From Marine Group I thaumarchaeote (lineage in GTDB: Archaea; Thermoproteota; Nitrososphaeria; Nitrososphaerales; Nitrosopumilaceae), in NCBI GenBank assembly GCA_044358425.1, contig CP054849.1:416073-476283 (forward strand): a DNA stretch of 60,211 bases. The letters are read 5' to 3'. The notes beneath the pieces are model-generated. The model was not told where the DNA came from. It saw only the letters and a list, made by a program, of their open reading frames with translations, and made no database searches. Positions 19,074 through 27,864 of this stretch are shown one piece after another (within the stretch, counting starts at the first letter, position 1; every line of letters starts with the position of its first letter). The position numbers and the translations under genes were made by a program.

Positions 19074-20054
19074 TTGCCTAGTAAAGTCAGGATGACAAAA
19101 AATGGAATTCTGTGTGAGACTGATATTGGAACAGTTTACTTGGATCCCAAAAAAACTGATTTGGATGGGATTAATTTTGTCTCTCATGCTCATTCTGATC
19201 ATCTGCCATCCAAAAATGGGGGTACTATTTTGTCTTCAATTGAAACAAATGAAATTTCAGGACTTCGTGGATTTACAATGAAAAATCATGTTCAATCAAT
19301 TGATGGTTTTTCTTTAATTGATAGTGGACATGTATTAGGGTCTAAGGGATTGTTATTTGATGATCTTTTCTATACTGGCGATATATGTACCCGTGATAGG
19401 GGATTTCTAAAGGCTGCAAAAATACCTAAATGTAAAACATTAATCACTGAATGTACTTTTGGGTTACCTGAATTTACATTTCCTGAAATGGATGAAATTC
19501 AAAATCAGGTTAATCAATTAATTGCTGATCTTTATGCAAAGGGAATTCCTGTGATCTTGATGGGATATCAGCTTGGAAAGGCTCAAACTTTAACACAAAT
19601 GTTTGGTCATTGGGATCCTCTATATTTGCATGATTCAATTAAAGAAATGAATATTTTACATCAAAAATTTGGAATTTCTTTAAAGGATTGTCTTGGTCAT
19701 TCTGAAGCTCAAAAAAATGGTCTATTAGAAAAAAAACCTTGGGTGATGATTACTCCTGTTTTATCTGCAAAAAATAAATTCCTTCAAGAAATGAAATCAA
19801 AATACGGTGCAGTAACAATAGGGTTTAGTGGTTGGGCACAATCTAAGAAATTTTCTTTTGGTCGTCGTGCTGATTATTCAGTTACTATGAGTGATCATTG
19901 TGATTTTAATGAACTTGTAGATATGGTAGTAAAATCTGGTGCAGAACAAGTTTACACTATACATGGCTTTGTTGAAGAATTTGCAACACATTTGAAAACA
20001 TTGGGAATTAGTGCACAACCTTTAGTGAGAAACTCTCTGGATAATTGGTCTTAA
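19074..20054 (+). CDS. Metallo-beta-lactamase/beta-CASP fold nuclease
   Basis: SHAHSDH, GHVLGS, YTGD, ECTFG, SDHCDF, HGF motifs. Confidence 0.85.
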   Translation: MPSKVRMTKNGILCETDIGTVYLDPKKTDLDGINFVSHAHSDHLPSKNGGTILSSIETNEISGLRGFTMKNHVQSIDGFSLIDSGHVLGSKGLLFDDLFYTGDICTRDRGFLKAAKIPKCKTLITECTFGLPEFTFPEMDEIQNQVNQLIADLYAKGIPVILMGYQLGKAQTLTQMFGHWDPLYLHDSIKEMNILHQKFGISLKDCLGHSEAQKNGLLEKKPWVMITPVLSAKNKFLQEMKSKYGAVTIGFSGWAQSKKFSFGRRADYSVTMSDHCDFNELVDMVVKSGAEQVYTIHGFVEEFATHLKTLGISAQPLVRNSLDNWS

Positions 20055-20148
20055 CATTACACTTTTGTTTTTTAAAAAATTATTCTGATTTTTAAAAATA
20101 ATTAAAGATGCTAACAGATCAACCTTTTATTTTGTAATAGTCTATTTC

Positions 20149-20241
20149 ATGTATGAGCCAACACAATATCCATTGTCACAAATTCCCCATCGTGTTACTG
20201 GTGTAAGCCTACCTGCTACATTACGTAAAGGATGTGATTAG
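20149..20241 (+). CDS. Candidate 30-aa microprotein MYEPTQYPLSQIPHRVTGVSLPATLRKGCD
   Basis: Manual translation; locally GC-richer than its flanks; ttttat box about 25 nt upstream (leaderless pattern); T-rich tail after the stop. Confidence 0.45.
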   Translation: MYEPTQYPLSQIPHRVTGVSLPATLRKGCD

Positions 20242-20744
20242 TTGGCTTTAATTTTTGTTTTGTTAGAAATTCTAAGAAAGAATGAATGAATTTTAATTTT
20301 AATTTAGAAATAATTTTAATACAATTATTGACAAGTAATAATTTGAAAACTTCAGATGGGTAATGAGAATTGAATAAGAATTCCACATTAATCAATTCAA
20401 ATTATCTATCTAATGACGGTTTAAAATCATATTTTGTTTAAAATCCAAATTAAATATTTGTGAAGAATTTTTTAATATTTTGAACAAAAATGAGGAAAAG
20501 AAACAGGACTAGTTAAATGTGATTTTGAGTAGAATTGTCTTGTCTATCAATCCATTATTTGTTAGGACACTTGAATGGTGAAGGACAATACAACTATGGG
20601 AAACGTGGAAATATAGAAATTTAAAGAAAGGCTACGTTTTCCACTTTTTTATCATCATTTTTTTAATATTTTAGAAAAAATTAAACATTTGAAAAGAAAA
20701 TTTTAAGAGAATTTGAAATATTATCATTATGAATATTGTGTATT

Positions 20745-20837
20745 ATGTTTCAAATTCAAGAATCATGTAAAGAAAAAAAATGTGACTGTAAAGATCATGA
20801 AAACCAGAAAATTAGGCGTGGAAATAGGCGAAAATGA
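20745..20837 (+). CDS. Candidate 30-aa Cys-containing microprotein MFQIQESCKEKKCDCKDHENQKIRRGNRRK
   Basis: Manual translation; stop codon abuts the TTG of the next Cys-rich ORF. Confidence 0.35.
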   Translation: MFQIQESCKEKKCDCKDHENQKIRRGNRRK

Positions 20838-21074
20838 TTGCTTGAAAAACAATTTAATCCAAATTTAGTCTATAATGGAATAGTTCATTTTTACATGGAT
20901 AAAAAGGGATATTCAAAAAAAAAGGCCAATGAAATTGCTCAAGCAATTGTAAAAAGAGAAATTCAAAGAAGAATTTGTAAAAATGAATCATGTAAACATT
21001 TTTCGTATGATCATATTAGAAATGGAGAAACTTGTTTAGTAGCCGATTGTAAATGTAGGGAATTTACTAGATGA
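20838..21074 (+). CDS. Small hypothetical protein with a C-terminal Cys/His metal-binding knot
   Basis: CKNESCKH..H..CLVADCKC. Confidence 0.65.
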   Translation: MLEKQFNPNLVYNGIVHFYMDKKGYSKKKANEIAQAIVKREIQRRICKNESCKHFSYDHIRNGETCLVADCKCREFTR

Positions 21075-21106
21075 AATTATAAAAAAATTATTTCTAAATA
21101 TACTTT

Positions 21107-21238
21107 TTAAAATGGATTATCTTCATACTGTTTTCTTTTATCTTTAATCATGGAACTCATTACATAAACAGCAAGTAATTCAATTGATGCTGTTGAAATT
21201 ATGCTGACCATGTACATAATTAATGGAGTTGAATCCAT
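21107..21238 (-). CDS. Candidate 43-aa single-TM microprotein
   Basis: Manual translation MDSTPLIMYMVSIISTASIELLAVYVMSSMIKDKRKQYEDNPF (hydrophobic helix plus charged tail). Confidence 0.5.
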   Translation of the reverse strand: MDSTPLIMYMVSIISTASIELLAVYVMSSMIKDKRKQYEDNPF

Positions 21239-21300
21239 ATCCACTTTATTCTAGGTTATTTAATCTAATTATGCACCTAGATGAGTTTTATTATTTGATA

Positions 21301-21540
21301 TTATCCCTGTCCTTCAATTCCCATTAATGTCAATGTTGATCTAATTTTAACAATTTTTCTAATTTTCCAGGTAATTGTCTCTCTCAATTTTTCTACTAAC
21401 TCTGCTTGCACTTTTGCTAGAATATCATATGCTCCAAATGTGCCATGAACTTCAATTACTCCTTCAATTGATTTGAGTTCTGAAATTACAAATTCTTCTG
21501 AACCTAAATCACAATTTATTAGAACATATGCTGTAGACAT
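21301..21540 (-). CDS. Stand-alone Lrp/AsnC ligand-binding domain protein
   Basis: AYVLINC..EVHGTFGAYDILAKV..KIRK..STLTL. Confidence 0.88.
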   Translation of the reverse strand: MSTAYVLINCDLGSEEFVISELKSIEGVIEVHGTFGAYDILAKVQAELVEKLRETITWKIRKIVKIRSTLTLMGIEGQG

Positions 21541-21700
21541 TAAATTTTAACTCCAAACATAACAAATTATTCATTTTAAGATATTTAACTAATTATGATT
21601 TTTAATTTAAATTTTAATAACTATTTTACACATTTTAATGAAATTCATTTGAATTTATACAATATTTTTAAATATTTGTTTGATCTATATATTATCTAAT

Positions 21701-22141
21701 ATGGATGATAAAGATATTGAAATTTTAAAACACCTTTCAGTAGATGGCAGACAATCTGCACGACAATTATCTCATAGATTGGGTGTGTCTACTGTCACAA
21801 TTCTTTCTAGGATTAAAAAACTAGAAGAAGAAAAAATCATCAAGGGATATTCAGTTCGTTTGAATCATGAATTACTTGGATTTGATATTACTGCAATAAT
21901 TGAAATTAAAACTAACAAAGGTAAAATGTTAGATATTGAAAATGAAATTGCAAAAAATGATAGTGTAATTGCAGTTTATGATATTACTGGAGATGCCGAT
22001 ATGGTTGTAATTGCAAAATTCAAAACTCGTAAATTATTAAGTGAATTTATCAAAAAAATCTCTGCAATATCTAATGTTGAAAATACATTGACCCATCTCG
22101 TCTTAAATACAATTAAAGAAGATAACAGGTTGATTGAATAA
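21701..22141 (+). CDS. Lrp/AsnC family transcriptional regulator
   Basis: MDDKDIEIL..DGR.S...LS..LGVS..TI..RIKKLEEEKII HTH plus VYDITGDADM ligand domain; ATG at 21701 preferred over TTG at 21680. Confidence 0.92.
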   Translation: MDDKDIEILKHLSVDGRQSARQLSHRLGVSTVTILSRIKKLEEEKIIKGYSVRLNHELLGFDITAIIEIKTNKGKMLDIENEIAKNDSVIAVYDITGDADMVVIAKFKTRKLLSEFIKKISAISNVENTLTHLVLNTIKEDNRLIE

Positions 22142-22192
22142 TTTTTTTATTTTTTGAGTAACTCTTTTTAAAAAAACTAATCTAGTTTAGAT

Positions 22193-22492
22193 ATGGGTTT
22201 TTTATCCAATTTTAAAAAAGATTTAGATGCTGCCAAACGAAATAAAGCTGCAAACATCAATGGAAAACATCTCAAAAAATTACTTACCAAATTCAAACAA
22301 GAGCGGGATCGTATAGAAACTGAAACAGGTGTTAGGCCTCAAATTGACAGCACCACTCAAATGTTTATGCAAAAAATTCTAAATGTGTGGATTTCTGAAG
22401 GTAAGGAAATCGATGAGGAAAAATTTTGGATAGAGGTTGATTATAATCGTCAATTTGATCATCCTGTTGAGTTTTATGAAAGACAGCGTTGA
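22193..22492 (+). CDS. Conserved hypothetical protein
   Basis: 99-aa ORF with an MGFLSNF N-terminus. Confidence 0.65.
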   Translation: MGFLSNFKKDLDAAKRNKAANINGKHLKKLLTKFKQERDRIETETGVRPQIDSTTQMFMQKILNVWISEGKEIDEEKFWIEVDYNRQFDHPVEFYERQR

Positions 22493-22496
22493 TATT

Positions 22497-23807
22497 TTAT
22501 TTCAAAATTACGCCTATATCCATCAAATTCATGTGTGTATAACCTGTTTTTATGTTGCCTTTTTGTTTTTGAAAAAATCTTGCTGAATCACTATTTTTTA
22601 AAAATTCTTTCATGACATTCAAATCCACTTTAACATTATCTATTATTGCACCTGCAAAATTGGAATTACCATCAATTCCATCGGTCCCCATTGACGCAAT
22701 TGTGATTTTTTTAAATTTCTGTGTATTTTTTAAAATTCTTAATACTAATTCCTGATTTCTACCTCCTTCTCCTTTTCCTAATACTTTGACAGTTGGTTCT
22801 CCTCCAAAAATTAAACAGGTTTTTTGCTCTTCAGAAATATTCTCTAGAATTTTTTTTACAACCTCTTTGATATCTCCATAATTCTGAATTCTTGTCACTT
22901 TGTATCCTTTTGTTTTAGCTATTTTTTCCATTGATTCTAAACAATTGCTATTATTTGCAATTACGAAATTATCAATTTTTGATTCTTTAGGTGTTTCTGG
23001 TTTTTGATCATGCAAGCCATTTCCCAATACTTGTAGTACTTCAATTGGAATTTTTCTTTTTAATCTGTATTTTTCTATAATGTCCATTGCATCTTGATAA
23101 GTTGTATTATCCATGTATGTTGTTCCTGAAGCAATTGAAGATAGATCATCATCTTCGACATCTGACATGATCAAACTTATTCCATCACATTTCATATTTT
23201 GAACTAATTTTCCACCTTTGATTTTTGATAGATGTTTTCTAATACAATTGAATTCTTGAATTGTTGAACCTGATTTTAATAACAAATCTGTAACGTGAAC
23301 TTTATCGCTTAATGTAATTTCATCTGGCATTGCTAGCAATGATGAGCCTCCTCCTGAGACAAGAAAAATAATTAATTCTTTATTTTTTTTATTTTCTACA
23401 AACTTCATAACTTCTTTTGCTGCTTTGACACTTGTTTTGTCAGGTTTAGGGTGATTTGAATTAAAAATTTGAAATTTTTTACCTTTGATTTTTGCTTTTG
23501 AGCCTTTTGGTATTACTATGATGCCACTTTTTATGGAAATTATTGAATTTATTGCTCTGGTCATTGAATCTCCTGCTTTTCCAAAAGCTACTGTGTAAAT
23601 GTTGGAATATTTTGATATATCGATAATTTTTCCATTAATTTTAATTTCATTTGGTGTAATGTAATGTGGTAATATGTTCTGAGGATTTGCTGCTTGAAGA
23701 CCTGCTTCTAAAATTTCCAAACAATCTTTTTTCTTATCAGTTACTGCTAATTCTTCAAAGTTCTGAATTATCATATGATCTACATCACTGTAAGATATAA
23801 TAAACAA
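22497..23807 (-). CDS. Glycerate 2-kinase (DUF4147/MOFRL family)
   Basis: FGKAG, HPKPD, VSGGGSSL, RKHLSKIKGG, SDV, GGE.TV, GGRNQE, GTDGIDG. Confidence 0.9.
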   Translation of the reverse strand: MFIISYSDVDHMIIQNFEELAVTDKKKDCLEILEAGLQAANPQNILPHYITPNEIKINGKIIDISKYSNIYTVAFGKAGDSMTRAINSIISIKSGIIVIPKGSKAKIKGKKFQIFNSNHPKPDKTSVKAAKEVMKFVENKKNKELIIFLVSGGGSSLLAMPDEITLSDKVHVTDLLLKSGSTIQEFNCIRKHLSKIKGGKLVQNMKCDGISLIMSDVEDDDLSSIASGTTYMDNTTYQDAMDIIEKYRLKRKIPIEVLQVLGNGLHDQKPETPKESKIDNFVIANNSNCLESMEKIAKTKGYKVTRIQNYGDIKEVVKKILENISEEQKTCLIFGGEPTVKVLGKGEGGRNQELVLRILKNTQKFKKITIASMGTDGIDGNSNFAGAIIDNVKVDLNVMKEFLKNSDSARFFQKQKGNIKTGYTHMNLMDIGVILK

Positions 23808-23824
23808 ACCAATGGTGTTTTTTT

Positions 23825-24769
23825 ATGCATACAGTACGCATTCCAAAAGTTATTAATTTTGGAGAAAATGCACTTGGTGAAACAGAATATCCAAAAAATG
23901 CCCTAGTTGTAACAACCGTTCCTCCAGCATTGTCTGACAAATGGTTAGCAAAAATGGGAATTCAGGATTATATGTTGTATGACCAAGTAAAACCTGAACC
24001 ATCAATTGATGATGTCAATACTGTCATTTCTCAATTCAAAGACAAAAACCCTTCAGTTCTAATCGGATTGGGTGGTGGAAGTTCTATGGATGTAGTAAAA
24101 TACGCTGCACCTGAAATGAATAAAGAAAAAATTCTAATTCCAACAACATTTGGAACTGGAGCTGAAATGACAACTTATTGTGTTCTAAAATTTGATGGAA
24201 AAAAGAAATTGTTACGTGAAGACAGATTCTTAGCTGACATGGCTGTAGTTGATTCCTACTTTATGGATGGAACTCCAGAACAAGTCATCAAAAATTCTGT
24301 CTGTGATGCATGTGCTCAAGCTACTGAAGGTTACGATAGTAAACTTGGTAATGACTTGACTAGAACTCTTTGTAAACAAGCATTTGAGATTCTTTATGAT
24401 GCAATCATGAATGACAAACCAGAAAATTATCCATATGGATCAATGTTATCTGGAATGGGATTCGGAAATTGTTCAACAACATTGGGACATGCTTTGTCTT
24501 ATGTTTTCTCAAATGAAGGAGTACCTCATGGTTATTCCTTGTCTTCTTGTACTACAGTTGCACACAAACATAACAAATCAATCTTCTATGATAGATTCAA
24601 AGAAGCAATGGATAAACTTGGTTTTGATAAATTAGAACTCAAAACTGATGTTTCTGAAGCTGCTGATACGGTCATGACTGATAAAGGACATTTGGATCCA
24701 AATCCAATTCCAATATCAAAAGATGATGTCGTAAAATGTCTGGAAGATATCAAGGCAGGTAATCTCTAA
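23825..24769 (+). CDS. Iron-containing alcohol dehydrogenase, probable malonic semialdehyde reductase of the 3HP/4HB cycle
   Basis: GLGGGSSMD, IPTTFGTGAE, GHALS..PHG motifs; sequence and neighbourhood match my recollection of N. maritimus Nmar_1110 (family certain, specificity from memory). Confidence 0.75.
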   Translation: MHTVRIPKVINFGENALGETEYPKNALVVTTVPPALSDKWLAKMGIQDYMLYDQVKPEPSIDDVNTVISQFKDKNPSVLIGLGGGSSMDVVKYAAPEMNKEKILIPTTFGTGAEMTTYCVLKFDGKKKLLREDRFLADMAVVDSYFMDGTPEQVIKNSVCDACAQATEGYDSKLGNDLTRTLCKQAFEILYDAIMNDKPENYPYGSMLSGMGFGNCSTTLGHALSYVFSNEGVPHGYSLSSCTTVAHKHNKSIFYDRFKEAMDKLGFDKLELKTDVSEAADTVMTDKGHLDPNPIPISKDDVVKCLEDIKAGNL

Positions 24770-24848
24770 AAATTTCTTTTTTACTTCTTTTTCTTTTATT
24801 TACAAACTGCGAAATTGGCAGCTTTCTCAAACTTTTTATTATAATGAT

Positions 24849-25973
24849 TTGAAATCATATCAATTGGCACATAAAAATCTCAAGTTTGGTATTCAAAATG
24901 GACTAAATGTTGCTAGAGCTGGATATACTGAAGATCAAATTCTCACAGCATGTATGCTTGCTGATAAAACTGGATATGATTCAATTTTCTATATGGACCA
25001 TACAAACGTCCCACAATGGAAAAATGCAACCGTTTTAGATCCTTGGGTTATGTTATCTGCAATTGCTGCAGTTACAAATAATGTTGAATTAGGAACATGT
25101 GTTACCGACGCAATTAGAAGACACCCATCAAATATTGCCTTGGCTGCAATTACTTTGGATAGAGTATCTAAAGGAAGAGCTATTCTTGGTATTGGTGCAG
25201 GTGAAGCACAAAATCTAAAAGAATTTTGTATTCCATTTGAAAAACCAGTTTCAAAATGGGCTGAACAAATTGAAGTAATTAAAACACTTTATCATTCTGA
25301 TCCTGATAACACTGTAGATTATGAGGGAAAATACTATAGATTAGAAAAAGCATGTTTACAAGCACCTCCAATTAGAAAACCACATCCACCTACTTACATG
25401 GCATCTGGTGGAAAACGAACATTAGATTTAACTGGAAAACTTGGTGAAGGTTGGTTACCTATTGGTTATACTCCAGAATTATTTGAAGATCATCGAATAC
25501 AAATTGAAACTGCTATGGACAAATATGGCAGAAGTCAAGAAGATAAAGATAATTTTGAGATGGCATTGGACATTGATGTTTACTTTTCAGAAGATGCAGA
25601 AGCTTCATGGGCAAAAATGAAAGAAGCCGTCAAAGTTAGTTTGTTTAAACCAGAAATTTTGAGAGTTCATGGATTAAAAGAAATTGAAGGATTTGATTTC
25701 GTCAAATACTTTACAGAATATTCTATGTCTGACCAAAGTTGGATTGTCAAAATGCGAGAGGCTGCAACTAAAATTCCAGATCCTATTGCCCGTTCATCAA
25801 CTGCAGTCGGAACTCCTGAAGATATCATTCCTGTATTTGAGAGATTCATGGAGGCTGGTGTTAACCACTTTGTTATTAGATTCTGGGGTAAGAATTACTT
25901 TGGTTCAATTGATAAATTTGCAAGTCATGTTATGCCTGCACTACGTCAGAAAAACAAAGAAAAATTCGGTTAA
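24849..25973 (+). CDS. Luciferase-like (LLM) flavin/F420-dependent oxidoreductase
   Basis: GYDSIFYMDH, DPW..LSAIA..T..VELGT.VT, LD.VSKGRAILGIGAG, GTPEDII. Confidence 0.9.
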   Translation: MKSYQLAHKNLKFGIQNGLNVARAGYTEDQILTACMLADKTGYDSIFYMDHTNVPQWKNATVLDPWVMLSAIAAVTNNVELGTCVTDAIRRHPSNIALAAITLDRVSKGRAILGIGAGEAQNLKEFCIPFEKPVSKWAEQIEVIKTLYHSDPDNTVDYEGKYYRLEKACLQAPPIRKPHPPTYMASGGKRTLDLTGKLGEGWLPIGYTPELFEDHRIQIETAMDKYGRSQEDKDNFEMALDIDVYFSEDAEASWAKMKEAVKVSLFKPEILRVHGLKEIEGFDFVKYFTEYSMSDQSWIVKMREAATKIPDPIARSSTAVGTPEDIIPVFERFMEAGVNHFVIRFWGKNYFGSIDKFASHVMPALRQKNKEKFG

Positions 25974-26000
25974 TCCTAAACTGTTATAACACAATTTATT

Positions 26001-26249
26001 GTGAAAATTTTACGTATTATTATGAATGATGATTTACCAGATACTGTAAAAAAATGTCTTGATATTTTAGATGAAAATTTAGAAATTCTGTCTAATATTG
26101 AAATAGATTTGAATGATGAAAAAAATGATGAATTAGTTCCTGAAATGAAATTACATCATCTATATGATATGAGTGAAGATGTTGCAGAATCAGAAAAAAT
26201 TAAACGTGCTGAATCAAAATTCATGAGACGACAATCTGAAGATTTTTAG
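26001..26249 (+). CDS. Small acidic hypothetical protein
   Basis: ORF; probable start at MNDDLP. Confidence 0.5.
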   Translation: MKILRIIMNDDLPDTVKKCLDILDENLEILSNIEIDLNDEKNDELVPEMKLHHLYDMSEDVAESEKIKRAESKFMRRQSEDF

Positions 26250-26665
26250 CGATTTCGTGAATTGTGCTGATTTTTATTTTTTGCAGATTGTTTTAATTTT
26301 CTTTTAGTAGCCTGTTTCAGTAATCTTTTTCTTGTTCGTTCTGTGGAATTTGTTGAACCCTGAATTATCTTTGTTTTACTTCCATCTCTTAACATGATCT
26401 CCTTTCCTTTGAATCTAAATTCAACATCTCGACATTTTATGTAATATCTTCTAAGACAAAAAAATATTCTATTATTGGTCCCATGCATTTCTTTGATTTC
26501 TCTAGATTTTTTTAATTCATTGATTATATTACGAAGTAATCCTTTATCGATATCCGTAATTCTATGTAATTCTCTAAACCAGATAAATTTTGATTGTGAG
26601 CCCCATTCTTCTAAAATGTTGATTACTTGATTTGTTGCTTCTTCCCTTTCTTCATCAAAATCCAT
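26246..26665 (-). CDS. Hypothetical protein with a winged-helix-like N-terminus and a basic tail
   Basis: IWFRELHRITDIDKGLLRNIINELKKSREI..NRIFFCL resembles a wHTH. Confidence 0.6.
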   Translation of the reverse strand: MDFDEEREEATNQVINILEEWGSQSKFIWFRELHRITDIDKGLLRNIINELKKSREIKEMHGTNNRIFFCLRRYYIKCRDVEFRFKGKEIMLRDGSKTKIIQGSTNSTERTRKRLLKQATKRKLKQSAKNKNQHNSRNR

Positions 26666-26780
26666 CAGTTTTAATCAAATTAGTCTTAAATTTAGCAATT
26701 TACATTAATGAAAAGTTTGAATCAATAAAGTCAATTTTTAGAATGTTCTGTATTTTTGATTATTTTTGTAATTAGTTAGT

Positions 26781-26870
26781 ATGACTAAAGAAATAAAGAT
26801 TGAATGTAATGAATTTGGATGCAAAATATTACAAATTAAAGAATTATCCAAAGATTTAGATTCTGAATAA
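26781..26870 (+). CDS. Candidate 29-aa microprotein MTKEIKIECNEFGCKILQIKELSKDLDSE
   Basis: Manual translation; fills the gap and its stop lies 2 nt from the convergent gene; Cx4C. Confidence 0.35.
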   Translation: MTKEIKIECNEFGCKILQIKELSKDLDSE

Positions 26871-26872
26871 TT

Positions 26873-27097
26873 CTATCTTTTTGATTTTTTCTTTCTTTCT
26901 TTCAATCTTGATTTTGTTACTTTCACTGACTGTTTTTGATTATTTTCCATTTTTTTTGCAGTTGAATCAATTTGTTTGATAATTTTTTCCTGTTCTTCTA
27001 TTGAACTTGTTTTGAGAAGTTTCTTTTTTAATTTTTTTAATTGGTTTGAATAACTGTTGAATTCTCCTCTTAAATCATTCAAATATGGATCATCCAT
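26873..27097 (-). CDS. Small basic coiled-coil hypothetical protein
   Basis: 74-aa Lys-rich helical ORF. Confidence 0.65.
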   Translation of the reverse strand: MDDPYLNDLRGEFNSYSNQLKKLKKKLLKTSSIEEQEKIIKQIDSTAKKMENNQKQSVKVTKSRLKERKKKSKR

Positions 27098-27183
27098 GTG
27101 AACTCTGAATCTTTCTTGTATTTTAGGTATTTTTTTACAGGGATTTGATCTTCATTTATAAAATAATTTTAAACAATTAATTC

Positions 27184-27816
27184 ATGCAACTTGTTGGTAT
27201 TCTAGAAATAAAATCTTATGAAAAAATTAAAGAATTTCTTAATGATGAACATGTTGGTAGAATTTCTAGTATTGATGTAAACGGATTTCCTCAAATAATT
27301 CCTATGAATTTTGTTTTTCTAAATGATGCCATTTACATGCATTCACATGTAAAAGGTGAAAAATTAGATAATATTTCTAATAATGATAAAGTTGGATTTG
27401 AATCTGACCGTGAATTAGAATTTTTACCTTCATATTTTGAAGATCCTCATAATGCTTCTTTAGCTGATACATTGTACATTAGTGTTGTAATCAAAGGAAT
27501 TGCATCTTTTGTATCTGACAGGTCTGAAAAAACTTTAGCTCTTAATGGATTGATGAAAAAATATCAGCCTGAGGGAAATTATGATCCTTTGGAATCCAAA
27601 ATGCGTGTTTTGGATGCTGTATCTGTCATAAAAGTAACTCCAAAATCATTACATGGAAAATACAAGATTGGACAGCATATGAGTTCTAATGATAGAATGG
27701 TTTTAGCTAAAAAGATACTTGAAAGAAATTCTCCAACTGCACAAACTACTCTGAAGATAATGGGATTTGAAGTGATTGATGGTGGTTTACGAATGGTTGA
27801 TGAGCCCAAGTGGTAA
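27184..27816 (+). CDS. Pyridoxamine 5'-phosphate oxidase-like flavin-nucleotide-binding protein
   Basis: GRISSID..PQIIPMNF..IYMHS..GEKLDNI..VGFE..Y.SVVIKG..GKYKIGQ. Confidence 0.85.
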   Translation: MQLVGILEIKSYEKIKEFLNDEHVGRISSIDVNGFPQIIPMNFVFLNDAIYMHSHVKGEKLDNISNNDKVGFESDRELEFLPSYFEDPHNASLADTLYISVVIKGIASFVSDRSEKTLALNGLMKKYQPEGNYDPLESKMRVLDAVSVIKVTPKSLHGKYKIGQHMSSNDRMVLAKKILERNSPTAQTTLKIMGFEVIDGGLRMVDEPKW

Positions 27817-27864
27817 TTATCCCGATATCACCATTGCTTTAAATTCAGTTTTTAGTGATTGTGA

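Noticed and set aside
20055-20837. Replication origin in the long AT-rich gap
   Set aside because: No ORB-like repeats with G-strings and no cdc6/orc1 gene adjacent
22193-22215. Shared MG[FL]L N-termini in ORFs at 22193, 55885 and 59959 as a targeting signal
   Set aside because: The motif is too short and common in small prokaryotic proteins to support a claim from three examples
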